NCBI GenBank assembly: GCA_005805505.1
Contig: SYMJ01000129.1
Coordinates: forward strand, 1 to 56,547
From: Verrucomicrobiales bacterium
Lineage (GTDB): Bacteria > Verrucomicrobiota > Verrucomicrobiia > Limisphaerales > UBA9464
DNA: 56,547 nucleotides
Reading direction: 5' to 3'
Below the pieces are notes generated by a model. That model saw only the letters and a program-made list of their open reading frames with translations, ran no database searches and was not told the DNA's origin. Both the position numbers and the translations under genes were made by a program. Below are positions 39,323 to 48,550 of this stretch, in pieces; position 1 is the first letter of the stretch, and each line of letters opens with the position of its first letter.

Positions 39323-41989
39323 TCAGGGTCGGCGTTTTTGGCGTCGTTGCCAGAGGATCAGCGCCCCGGTGCCGACGAGAAGGAGTGCCCAGGTTTCGGG
39401 TTCGGGAACGATAGCCGGGGTGGTCAATGGATCGACCGGCGTCAGGCCCGCGGCCTTGTATTGCGCCTTGGTTTCCAGAACGACCGCACCGCTGACGGGG
39501 GTGACCAATTGCCAGCGTCCGGCCAGCGCAACGGCCTCCGTGGTCTTGCGCTCTCGGCGCAGTTGGTTGATTTGATCGCGGGCCCAGAGACGGACGAGAT
39601 GGCGCGAAGCAGTGGGTCCGTTCGTGTTCCCGGTTTCGGATCGCTCCCGGCGCCAATGCCACTCGGGAGTCAGCCCGGTCCAGGTGTCGAGGAACCGCTT
39701 CAAGTCGTCGTCCAAAGTGCCGAGTCGGGGCACGGATTCATACAGGGGCTGTGCGAACCATTCCTTGGCGGCGAGATTGGGACCCGTTGCGACCTGGAGG
39801 TCCACCAGTCGAGCTCCGGTGGCCTCCCCTCGCTGAAGTCGCTGGGATATCGACTGAGGATCGCCCAGAAGAACAGGCACGTTGCCGTGGATCCAAAGGA
39901 CCGTGCCGCCGGCCTGTTGAGAGGCCCAACCCCAGGCGGCCTCCAGCGCCGGCAGCGGATCGTGGCCGCCCTTAAATTGGGGCGTGTTGCGTTCCATTGG
40001 CTCGACGGCGGCTTTGAACGGGCCTTCCGTGATGGTCGCCATCTCCCGTAGGCCATCCTCGGAAACCCATAGGCGCAAGTCGCCTCGGGCTGGCGTTGAA
40101 GCCAAATACTGCCGAAGCGCTTGCCAGCCATCCTGTCCATCCCGGCCGCCGTCTATCACCACCGCCAACCTCCCTCGGGACGGTGTCGTGACGGAGGAGA
40201 TGGTTTGTCGCACGGCAGCGGGTGGAGTTGAACGGTCGTCGATGCTCCACGGACTGGTGGCCTCGGCCTTGCGATGCAGTTTTAGGGTCGGAAACGCGTG
40301 GGTCCCCCACGAGACGGGGATGGTTGCTGTCAGGCTGTTGGAACCGGTGCTGGTCCAACCCCAAGCGGACGGTGGGTTGAGGATCTTCTGCGGGGACTCG
40401 AGCCAGACATGATGCTTCAGGGTCTCGGCGAAGGCGAAGTTGCGTTCGACGATGCGGGGCCACACATAGGCGACTTCTTGGGCTCCGAGTGGAGTGAGCG
40501 GTGCGGTGATGCCGAGGCGAATTTTCATGGTGCCGCCCTTGGGAGGCACCGGAAAGCACTGCATGAGCACGCGGTCGGGGCCGGAGGTGGTGACGAGGAC
40601 GGGGTCGCGGCGTTGGGCAACGGCCACCTGTTGATAGGCGGCACGGACCTCACCGCGGCCGGCGAAGGCGGCTTCGCGTTCTTCGCCATAAACCCAAAGG
40701 GTTAGGCGCGAGACCACGCCACCGGGGGGTAACTGGATTTCGGCCCGGGCCTCGCGTTGGCGCGACGCGTGGTCGTTGCGAAATTCGAGGATCCATTCGG
40801 TGTAGTCCCAACCGTCGTCGGCGTTGCTCGTGACATCGAGGCGGGAGGACTGGAGGGACAGGCCGGACACATGGCCGGCGACCGCCTCACCGCCGATCGA
40901 AGGGTCCCACTCGAAATTCTGGAACACCTCGCGACCGACACCCCGCAGGGAACCGAGTGGCGGCCGAACTTCGTTGAAGGCGCGCCCGGTGACTTGGAAA
41001 TACACCGCCTGCGCGGCCTCCGGCGTGACGGTGAAGGTGCGGGATTTGCGGTTCTCGAATGGGTCCAAGGCATTGTCCCAAATTTGGCGTCGTTTTCCGT
41101 AGCAGGCGCGCAGCACCGCGTCATGGGTATCCCAACTGCGCAAATGCCGGATGGCCGCCCGGCGGTCGGCGGGTCCGTCGGCATCAATGGCTTCGCGCAA
41201 GGCCCGTAGGGTGAAAAACTCTGGCAGCGCCAGCGCGGCCAAGACCAGCAACGACCCCACTGCGGCCGTCCAGGTATGTTTGGGCCAGTGGACCGAGTTT
41301 GCTTTGGCGCGTTTTCGGCCACCCGATCGAAGGCAGAGGCCGAAAATCCACGCAATCAAGGGGGCCAACGGGATGAGCCCCACGCCGTAGAAGACGATAC
41401 CGAATGCAGCCAATGGCGTGATCGGGGCGTAGGCCACGGCGTAAGCCCCGGAGATGCCCAAGGAAGCAGAAAGCATCCAGGCGAACCATCGGGGCAGGGG
41501 GTGTGAAGAGCGTTCGAAAAACCAAAGGCCCAGGGCGTTGGTTAACGGAACCAAGGCGATGAGCAGGATGTGGAACGGGGTAGGAATCGGATCCAGGAGG
41601 TCATCGGCTGAGGGGTGTTCGGCCCATTCGAAGAGGAGTGTTCCGAAGGGCAATAAAACGCCCAGAACGGCCCGGAGGATTAACCAAAGCCAACTTTTTT
41701 TGGATCGGCCTTTGAGCGGCGGAGACGGGTCCTGGGCTGGGCTGGGAGCCTTGGAGAGGGCAGGAGGGGTGGGGCTCTCGAGCAGGCTGGGATCGACCTG
41801 GGCAAGAATGCGTCGGACATCCGACTCGGTGACCACGGACAAGTTCAGAGAAGACGCCTCGCGTTCGACATGGTCGCGCAAATCGGCGACGACTTCATCG
41901 GCTTCAGCTCCGTCGGCGGCGAAGCGGGCGCGGTGTTGGTCGAGATGGCGTTGGAGGACGGCGCGGGCGCTGGGGGTCCAGGTGTTCAT
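39323..41989 (-). CDS. Integral membrane protein with VIT domain and PEP-CTERM sorting signal
   Basis: N-terminal helical domain, about 6 TMs, VIT-like (EWILEFRN..REARAEIQLPPGGVVSRLTLWV..EREAAF, DPVLV), WQLVTPVSGAVVLE, C-terminal VPEPETWALLLVG..WQRRQKRR. Confidence 0.82.
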   Translation of the reverse strand: MNTWTPSARAVLQRHLDQHRARFAADGAEADEVVADLRDHVEREASSLNLSVVTESDVRRILAQVDPSLLESPTPPALSKAPSPAQDPSPPLKGRSKKSWLWLILRAVLGVLLPFGTLLFEWAEHPSADDLLDPIPTPFHILLIALVPLTNALGLWFFERSSHPLPRWFAWMLSASLGISGAYAVAYAPITPLAAFGIVFYGVGLIPLAPLIAWIFGLCLRSGGRKRAKANSVHWPKHTWTAAVGSLLVLAALALPEFFTLRALREAIDADGPADRRAAIRHLRSWDTHDAVLRACYGKRRQIWDNALDPFENRKSRTFTVTPEAAQAVYFQVTGRAFNEVRPPLGSLRGVGREVFQNFEWDPSIGGEAVAGHVSGLSLQSSRLDVTSNADDGWDYTEWILEFRNDHASRQREARAEIQLPPGGVVSRLTLWVYGEEREAAFAGRGEVRAAYQQVAVAQRRDPVLVTTSGPDRVLMQCFPVPPKGGTMKIRLGITAPLTPLGAQEVAYVWPRIVERNFAFAETLKHHVWLESPQKILNPPSAWGWTSTGSNSLTATIPVSWGTHAFPTLKLHRKAEATSPWSIDDRSTPPAAVRQTISSVTTPSRGRLAVVIDGGRDGQDGWQALRQYLASTPARGDLRLWVSEDGLREMATITEGPFKAAVEPMERNTPQFKGGHDPLPALEAAWGWASQQAGGTVLWIHGNVPVLLGDPQSISQRLQRGEATGARLVDLQVATGPNLAAKEWFAQPLYESVPRLGTLDDDLKRFLDTWTGLTPEWHWRRERSETGNTNGPTASRHLVRLWARDQINQLRRERKTTEAVALAGRWQLVTPVSGAVVLETKAQYKAAGLTPVDPLTTPAIVPEPETWALLLVGTGALILWQRRQKRRP

Positions 41990-42324
41990 GAGCGGACTCC
42001 GACTTGTTGGGTGCTGTGCTGAAGGGTTTCGAGGAACACGTTCATCGTCTCCAGGGTGCGAAGTCCTTCGGGGGTCAGGGAGTAGTACTTGCGGGCGGGG
42101 CCGCTGGATGATTCTTCCAGGCGAGTGCTGACCAGACCGGCCAGTCTAAGGCGAGACATCAGGGGGTAAAGTGTGCCTTCGGTGAGGCCCATGCCGGGGA
42201 CCTGCGACAACTCTTTGACTAGTTCGTAGCCGTAGCGTTCGCGGACCGAGAGGGTCCGCAGGATGCAGAGTTCCAGGACGCCTTTGCGCATTTGAACGAC
42301 CCAATTGTCAAAGAAGTCCGACAT
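41986..42324 (-). CDS. PadR family transcriptional regulator
   Basis: QMRKGVLELCIL, YGYEL, EGTLYPLMSRL, GPARKYYSLTPEG. Confidence 0.93.
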   Translation of the reverse strand: MSDFFDNWVVQMRKGVLELCILRTLSVRERYGYELVKELSQVPGMGLTEGTLYPLMSRLRLAGLVSTRLEESSSGPARKYYSLTPEGLRTLETMNVFLETLQHSTQQVGVRS

Positions 42325-42349
42325 GGATTGTTGGGGAAGTTGGGGCTGA

Positions 42350-42700
42350 CTAAAACCAGGAGGTCTTGCTGGTGACCGAGACGTTTAGGTCGGGATGGAC
42401 CACGGCCTCAATTCGGTAGCGCCCTTTGGGCTCGAAGTAGCCTTGTTTTCCTGAGTCCACGGTTCGTTGAGCGGCATCAAAGCGCAGGCCGAGGCTGGAT
42501 TCGCTGCTGGGAGTGACGGTCCACTGGTGTTGGGTGCCGGGTTCTAGGATGGGGAGGCGCTCCGAGAAGCCGGTGCCAGAGACGACGAGGTTGCTCAAGG
42601 TGTGTGGCGAGTCGTTCTTCACGGTGATGCGCGGGGCGGGATTGCAGCCGCACAGGGCGGCGACGAGGCCGAGGGCAAGGAGGCTGGGGAGCTGCTTCAT
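42350..42700 (-). CDS. Small lipoprotein, hypothetical (beta-rich)
   Basis: Lipoprotein signal MKQLPSLLALGLVAALCGC. Confidence 0.7.
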   Translation of the reverse strand: MKQLPSLLALGLVAALCGCNPAPRITVKNDSPHTLSNLVVSGTGFSERLPILEPGTQHQWTVTPSSESSLGLRFDAAQRTVDSGKQGYFEPKGRYRIEAVVHPDLNVSVTSKTSWF

Positions 42701-42946
42701 GGGGTGGGTGGCAGGTGGCAGTGGGCGAAGGATCCAGTGGATTGTGCCGTAGAGGGTGGTGTAGGGCTGGCTACAAGAAGAGCTGATGAGGCATGCGATT
42801 AATAAGGCAGTTCACGGATGGTATTGTGTAATGCAAGGTAGCTGGTTTAGCAATGCTTTTAAGTGGGTTTTTTGGAGGGATGATAAGGCGGGGTCGTGGG
42901 TGAGCGCTTCGCGGGACGGACCTGCGTTCGCAGAGATTCTTCGGAA

Positions 42947-42976
42947 GAAGGAAGAGCTTTCGCGCTGCGCGCGAGG
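42947..42976. repeat. Dispersed 30-bp repeat, copy 1
   Basis: GAAGGAAGAGCTTTCGCGCTGCGCGCGAGG; 26/30 identical to 56375-56404. Confidence 0.55.
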
Positions 42977-43055
42977 AAGAATGTCTTTAGGGGACAGGCT
43001 TCGGAAGTGGGGATGCTCGACATTGGAGGGCCGGTCGGTGGAAGGTCCGGGAAAG

Positions 43056-43415
43056 ATGCAGCCGTTCCAAATCATCTTCAATCCGACCAGTGCCGCTGAG
43101 TTGTCCAAGCTCCCCAAGGACCTCCAATTGCTGGTGCTCGGGCAGTTCCGGGGTCTTCCTTCGGAATTGATGCGGGAGGAAGGGGCCTTCGGGAGTCTGT
43201 CCCGGCAAGGGCGGACGTTGACGCGATATCGCTTGGGCGATTACCGGGTTTATTTTGAGCGGCATCCACTCGGGGTGGTGGTGCACCGGATTCTAAGTCG
43301 CAACACGCTGAAGGATTTCCTCTACCGTTCTAGCCTGCCGACCGGTGAGGATGAGCAGTTGGAGGGGAATCCGAAGTTCTGGGAACTCATCGCGGCCGCG
43401 AAGTCGGTGCGCTAA
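43056..43415 (+). CDS. RelE/ParE-fold protein (orphan toxin-like)
   Basis: FQIIFNPTSAAELSKLP...RYRLGDYRVYF...VHRIL resembles the RelE pattern; start at ATG 43056. Confidence 0.7.
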   Translation: MQPFQIIFNPTSAAELSKLPKDLQLLVLGQFRGLPSELMREEGAFGSLSRQGRTLTRYRLGDYRVYFERHPLGVVVHRILSRNTLKDFLYRSSLPTGEDEQLEGNPKFWELIAAAKSVR

Positions 43416-43740
43416 ATGGCTCCAGGAGTTTCGGCGTGGGGGTGGTGCTCAGACGGCCTTGGGGCGCTGTGCGGCGCTCGAGGCGGTTTCGGTTTGGGAG
43501 CGCCCTAGAGGCGGTTCTGGGAAAATGGGTGTGGGTGATAGTCAGTCTGCGCAAGGCGGGGACTCCACCCAGCCGGAATGATTTAATTGCTAGGAAACGG
43601 ACGGCATGGCGGATTCTTTCGCAATACGAAGCGAGAGCGAGGAGCGGGCTAGAGAGCGAGGCCCATAATGTTTGAATAATGACGTTCTCGCGGAAGAGGA
43701 CGCAAGCCAGCCCGACTGATCTAACAGAAAGCGTTCTGAC

Positions 43741-44562
43741 TCAGACGTAGAGCGCCTTACGCAGTTCGTGGGTGAGCACAGACATCGAGGGGTAACGCAT
43801 CGCCGGATCTTGTTCGAGACACCGGAGGATAATTTTTTCGAGCGCCAACGGGATGTCGGGATTGAGTTTGCGCGGGGGGATAAAGTCCGAACGGTTCCGC
43901 TGGGCGTGAAAGACACCGTCGGCCGAGTCTCCGGGAAAGGGCTTTCGGTGGGTCAATAATTCGTAGGCGCTAATGCCATAGGCCCAAATGTCGGCCCGGT
44001 GATCGACCGGTACGCGGGCCAATTGCTCCGGAGACATGTAGTGCGGGGTGCCCGGGTTTTTGTCGAGTTTGCGGGGCGGGTCCGGAATGAGTTGGGCTAG
44101 ATCGAAGTCGATGAGCTTGAGCCGGCCGTTGCGGGTTAGTAGCACGTTTTCCGGCTTCACATCGAGGTGCATGTAGCCGCGGTCATGGACCACCTCGAGG
44201 GCCTCGGCCATGTCGATGAGCACTTGGGCGATGTTCTCGGCTAGGACCGGATCGCCGGTGGCCATGCGCAGCTTGAGGTTCTCACCTTCGACGTATTCAA
44301 GCACCAGAACCAACTCGCCATCGATCTTGCCGTGCTCGATGTAGCCGATGATGTGCTTGTCGTCTTGGCAGGCCTGCAGGGTCTCACAACCGGTCAGGAA
44401 GCGCTTGCGCTCCGTGAAGGCGAAGGTCGTGTTGTTGAGCATTAGCCGGAGAGCCACTGTCTTGCCGGCGGCGTCGGTGCCTAACCAGATCTCGGACATT
44501 CCGCCTGCGTTGATCTCCTCGTGGAGCGTGTAGGGGCCGATCTTGGTTCCGTGGCGTGACAT
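43741..44562 (-). CDS. Hanks-type Ser/Thr protein kinase domain protein (degenerate)
   Basis: GGMSEIW, VLEYVEG, HLDVKPENVLL, KLIDFDLA, GTPHYMSPEQ, ADIWAYG, DPAMRY. Confidence 0.88.
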   Translation of the reverse strand: MSRHGTKIGPYTLHEEINAGGMSEIWLGTDAAGKTVALRLMLNNTTFAFTERKRFLTGCETLQACQDDKHIIGYIEHGKIDGELVLVLEYVEGENLKLRMATGDPVLAENIAQVLIDMAEALEVVHDRGYMHLDVKPENVLLTRNGRLKLIDFDLAQLIPDPPRKLDKNPGTPHYMSPEQLARVPVDHRADIWAYGISAYELLTHRKPFPGDSADGVFHAQRNRSDFIPPRKLNPDIPLALEKIILRCLEQDPAMRYPSMSVLTHELRKALYV

Positions 44563-44676
44563 CCGGTTAAGAACCCCGAGTAAACCGCGGGGCTCTTCTG
44601 AAATCAATCTTGCCTCTAAAGACGTACCACGGTTGACCCCAGAGCCGAACAGGATTAACACCGACGGGAACTCCTC

Positions 44677-46038
44677 ATGAACCTACCGTTCAACCGTCGC
44701 CAATTTGTTGCCACCGCAACCACCGCCGCAGCCATGGTCGGCCTTTTGGGCTGTTCCAGCCTCCATGCTCTGAACCAGCCGCCGAAGGGTTTTTCGCAGC
44801 TCTTCAATGGGCATGACCTGACTGGTTTCCGCGGCGGTGACACTTTCGACCACCGCAAGTTGCTGGCTATGCCCGAGGCGGACCGGGCGGCCCAGATCGC
44901 CAAGTGGACCAAGACGCTGACGGAGATCGATGCCAAGACGGGTAAGCCCAACTGGCATGTGGAGAACGGGGAATTGGTGAATGGTGGCAATGGCGCCTAT
45001 GCCACGACTGAGAAGGATTACGGCGATTTCGAACTGCTGTTGGAGTACAAGACGGTTCCGTTGGCCGATTCGGGGATTTACCTGCGAGGCGTTCCTCAGG
45101 TGCAAATTTGGGATTACACCGAGAAAGCCAAGTTCAGCATTGGGGCTAACAAGGGATCGGGCGGTCTTTGGAATAACTCGCCGGGCGCTCCCGGTAAGGA
45201 TCCGTTGGTGCTGGCTGACAAGCCTTTCGGTCAGTGGAATGCCTTCCGCATCGTCATGGTGGGTTCGCGGGTGAGCATTTGGCTCAATGACAAACCGGTC
45301 GTCCAGCATGCGGTGATGGAAAATTACTACGATCGCAAGAAGCCCATCCCGGCCCATGGCCCCATCCAGTTGCAGACCCACGGCGGTGAGATCCGCTGGA
45401 AGAACGTGTTCATTCGCGAGATCGGTAGCACCGAGGCCAACAAGATCTTGGCAAGCCATGGTCAGGAAGGCTTCCAGCCGATTTGGAACGGCAAGGACCT
45501 CACCGGTTGGAATGGTGCTGTGGCTGATTATGAAGTGGTGGATGGGTCCATCCGCTGCAAGAAGGGCAAGGGGGGTTGCCTCTTCACTCAGGCCGAATAC
45601 GCTGATTTTGCCTTCCGCACCGAGGTTCAGGTGCCCAGCGCCGGTAACAACGGTTTCGCCATCCGCTACCCGGGTTCGGGTGATGCGGCCTATGTCGCCA
45701 TGACCGAGTTGCAGGTGTTGGCCGAAGACTACGAAGCCAAGACCGGTTCCAAGCTCGATCCGCGTCAGGCTTACGGTGGCGCCTACGGGATGGCCGCCGC
45801 TCATCAGGGTTACCAGCGCCCCAATGGTGAGTGGAACTTCCAGGAGACCTACGTGCAGGGCAGTCGCATCCGGACCGAACTCAATGGGTTCGTCATCTTG
45901 GACGCCGACTTGTCGACGATTACCAATTACATGGCCAACAGTCCGCACCCGGGCAAGACCCGTACTCGGGGACACTTTGGCTTCGCCGGTCACAGTGACC
46001 CGGTGGCCTTCCGGAATTTGAGCATTAAGCCGCTCTGA
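44677..46038 (+). CDS. Tandem DUF1080 (3-keto-disaccharide hydrolase-like) Tat lipoprotein
   Basis: NRRQFV Tat motif and LLGC lipobox; two modules (LFNGHDLTG..GPIQLQTHG; IWNGKDLTGW..GHFGFAGH..FRNL). Confidence 0.88.
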   Translation: MNLPFNRRQFVATATTAAAMVGLLGCSSLHALNQPPKGFSQLFNGHDLTGFRGGDTFDHRKLLAMPEADRAAQIAKWTKTLTEIDAKTGKPNWHVENGELVNGGNGAYATTEKDYGDFELLLEYKTVPLADSGIYLRGVPQVQIWDYTEKAKFSIGANKGSGGLWNNSPGAPGKDPLVLADKPFGQWNAFRIVMVGSRVSIWLNDKPVVQHAVMENYYDRKKPIPAHGPIQLQTHGGEIRWKNVFIREIGSTEANKILASHGQEGFQPIWNGKDLTGWNGAVADYEVVDGSIRCKKGKGGCLFTQAEYADFAFRTEVQVPSAGNNGFAIRYPGSGDAAYVAMTELQVLAEDYEAKTGSKLDPRQAYGGAYGMAAAHQGYQRPNGEWNFQETYVQGSRIRTELNGFVILDADLSTITNYMANSPHPGKTRTRGHFGFAGHSDPVAFRNLSIKPL

Positions 46039-46067
46039 TCGGATTGTTCTGTTTTTTGTCCAATCTC

Positions 46068-46112
46068 AACACCGGAGAGTCAGAGTTCCACTCTGCCCTC
46101 CGGTGTTTGTTT
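46068..46112 (+). terminator. Probable Rho-independent terminator
   Basis: AACACCGGAG-AGT-CAGAGT-TCC-ACTCTG-CC-CTCCGGTGTT followed by TGTTT. Confidence 0.6.
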
Positions 46113-46205
46113 GGAGATTTGCGTAACCGGCAGCATCTTGTGTGTGTCTTCGCCGTCGACGAGTCCTGATAAAGTTCCGTCAGTTCGACAGCTCTTGTTT
46201 TGCCC

Positions 46206-47753
46206 ATGAATCCGTTTTTGCGCTCTTCTGTCCTTTGGACCCGCGCCGGCTTTGCTGGCTTTGTGTCCGCTATCCTGTTTCCGACCGCCTTGTTTCCGGC
46301 GGTCTTGCTGCTGGTGACCGTGCTGGTGACTGGCTGCGATCGCTTCAAAAAGCCTGCGCCCGTCGAGTTTAAGACCGAGGCGTCGGTACGGACCAACATG
46401 GTGCAAAGCGTGAGCGCCAATGGGGGCATCGCTCCCATCCGACAAGTCCAAGTGGGTTCCCAAATCTCGGGTACCATCACTGAGATGAAGGTCGATTTTA
46501 ACTCTGTCGTGAAGGAGGGCGACGTTCTGGCACGCATCGATCCCGCCACCTACGAGCGGAGTTTGGCTCGTGTTAAAGCCGATCTGGCCAATGCCGCTGC
46601 AGGCTTAGCCATGGCTGAATTTAATTCTAAGCGCGCCAAAGAACTCTTCACCGCGAAACTGATATCGGAGACTGAAAGCCAGCAGGCTGATGTGTCATTG
46701 CTGCAGGCCCAGGCTGGGGTCAAGACACGCGAGGCCGCCGTCGAGAGCGCTCAGGTGGATCTGGATCGGACAACCATCTTTGCCCCGATCAGTGGTGTGG
46801 TGGTGACCCGGAATGTCGATGCCGGTCAGACCGTGGCCGCGAGCTTCAGTACCCCCACCTTGTTTCTGATTGCTCAGGATTTGTCCCAGATGCAAATCGA
46901 GTTGGCAGTTTCCGAAGCAGACATCGGTAATGTGCTGGAACAGCAGCGAGTGGAGTTCACCGTGGACGCGTTTCCGAATCGCAAGTTTGAGGGTCGAGTC
47001 CGTCAGGTGCGTTTCGCGCCGACCACCAACCAGAACGTGGTGACTTACACCACGGTGGTGGCGGTCAATAACAAGGACCTGCGGTTGCGGCCGGGCATGA
47101 CGGCCACGGCCACCCTGATCACCTTGGAAAAAACGAATGTGGTTCGCATTCCGGCCTCAGCCACCCGGTTCTCCCCGCCGACAGGAATCACCGTGCTGCC
47201 GGCCATCAACACGGTCTCCACGAACGACATCGTGCGGTCTTCCCGCCCTGCGGGTATGGAGGGTCTACCGACGCCTCCTTGGTCGGCTGAAGGACGTCGC
47301 CCCACGGACGACGAACGTAAAAAATATGAAGAGTCCCTCACGGCAGACCAGAAAGTGGCTTATCAGGCCGTTCGGGATCGCATGCGGGCCATGATGGCCT
47401 CTGGCGGTGGCGGTGGTATGGGTGGAGGCCCCGGTGGAGGCTCTGGTGGTGGCCCTGGCGGTGGCGGAGGGGGAATGGGCGGAGGATCCCCGCGTCCGCG
47501 GCCCGTCGATGGTCCCACGTTGAAGACCGTGTATGTCGTCAAGCCGGCCGATCCGGCGACTCCGGATGCACCGCCGGTCCTCCAAGCCATCATGGTTAAG
47601 GTGGGCATGACCGATGCCGCGAATGCCGAGATCCTAGAGGGACTCGAACCCGGGCAGGTGGTCGTGACTGCGCTCAAGTCTTCGATGGCCTCAGCCGCAG
47701 CGCCGGCAGGCAATCCCTTCGGTGGACCCTTTGGTGGGGCTCCGCGCCGCTGA
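46206..47753 (+). CDS. MacA-like efflux periplasmic adaptor (membrane fusion protein)
   Basis: VQVGSQISG..VDFNSVVKEGDVLARIDP, IFAPISGVV, GQTVAASFSTPTLF, LRPGMTA; Gly-rich insert. Confidence 0.9.
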   Translation: MNPFLRSSVLWTRAGFAGFVSAILFPTALFPAVLLLVTVLVTGCDRFKKPAPVEFKTEASVRTNMVQSVSANGGIAPIRQVQVGSQISGTITEMKVDFNSVVKEGDVLARIDPATYERSLARVKADLANAAAGLAMAEFNSKRAKELFTAKLISETESQQADVSLLQAQAGVKTREAAVESAQVDLDRTTIFAPISGVVVTRNVDAGQTVAASFSTPTLFLIAQDLSQMQIELAVSEADIGNVLEQQRVEFTVDAFPNRKFEGRVRQVRFAPTTNQNVVTYTTVVAVNNKDLRLRPGMTATATLITLEKTNVVRIPASATRFSPPTGITVLPAINTVSTNDIVRSSRPAGMEGLPTPPWSAEGRRPTDDERKKYEESLTADQKVAYQAVRDRMRAMMASGGGGGMGGGPGGGSGGGPGGGGGGMGGGSPRPRPVDGPTLKTVYVVKPADPATPDAPPVLQAIMVKVGMTDAANAEILEGLEPGQVVVTALKSSMASAAAPAGNPFGGPFGGAPRR

Positions 47754-47785
47754 TTTCCGCCTTCCTCACCCAACCCTTCGAATCC

Positions 47786-48547
47786 ATGCCCGCGGTTATC
47801 CAGCTCGAGGATTTTCACAAGACCTACCGCACCGGCGAAATCGAGGTGCGCGCGGTGCGTGGGGTCAACCTCATTGCCGAACCCGGCGAGTTTGTCGCCA
47901 TCATGGGTTCCTCGGGTTCCGGCAAGAGCACCCTGATGAATACCGTCGGCTGCCTCGACCGGCCGACTCAGGGAAAGTGCCTTATCGACGGTGTCGACAT
48001 CGGTTCCTTGTCTCGCAACGAATTGGCCGACCTGCGCAACCGTAAGCTGGGGTTCGTGTTCCAGGGCTTTAATCTCTTGGCCCGGACGACTGCGCTGGAG
48101 AATGTGCAACTGCCCATGCTGTATGCTCGGCCCCGGATCACCGTCTCCGAGCAGAACCGGCGGGCCGCAGAAGCGCTAGAATTGGTGGGGCTTGGCGAGC
48201 GCATGGACCACACTCCCAGCCGCTTGTCAGGGGGACAGCAGCAGCGAGTAGCCATCGCGCGGGCGTTGGTCAATCGGCCGACTCTCCTCTTGGCCGATGA
48301 GCCCACGGGCAATCTGGATTCGCGCACCGGCATCGAGATCATGGGCATCTTCCAGAAGCTCAACGACGAGGGCATGACGGTGGTCATGGTGACCCACGAA
48401 CTAGACATTGCCCATTATTGCAAACGCATCGTGGTCATGCGCGATGGTCTGGTGCGCAGCGATGCTCCGGTGACCGCTCGCCTCAACGCCCTTGAAGAAA
48501 TCCAGAAGCTGGAGGCCGAGCAGAAGGCCGTCCAACTCAACCCCTGA
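47786..48547 (+). CDS. MacB/LolD-type ABC transporter ATP-binding protein
   Basis: GSSGSGKST, LSGGQQQRVAIARAL, LADEPTGNLD. Confidence 0.93.
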   Translation: MPAVIQLEDFHKTYRTGEIEVRAVRGVNLIAEPGEFVAIMGSSGSGKSTLMNTVGCLDRPTQGKCLIDGVDIGSLSRNELADLRNRKLGFVFQGFNLLARTTALENVQLPMLYARPRITVSEQNRRAAEALELVGLGERMDHTPSRLSGGQQQRVAIARALVNRPTLLLADEPTGNLDSRTGIEIMGIFQKLNDEGMTVVMVTHELDIAHYCKRIVVMRDGLVRSDAPVTARLNALEEIQKLEAEQKAVQLNP

Positions 48548-48550
48548 CCC

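Noticed and set aside
42786-43055. Upstream in-frame extension of the RelE-like ORF as a fused antitoxin
   Set aside because: Contains a dispersed repeat and has no RHH/HTH-like pattern; ATG 43056 is the more plausible start
43416-43740. Long intergenic region as 6S or other ncRNA
   Set aside because: No long closing stem or recognisable RNA family motif by eye; needs an Infernal search
47400-47490. GGC/GGT-rich tract as a DNA repeat element
   Set aside because: Explained by poly-Gly coding with mixed synonymous codons
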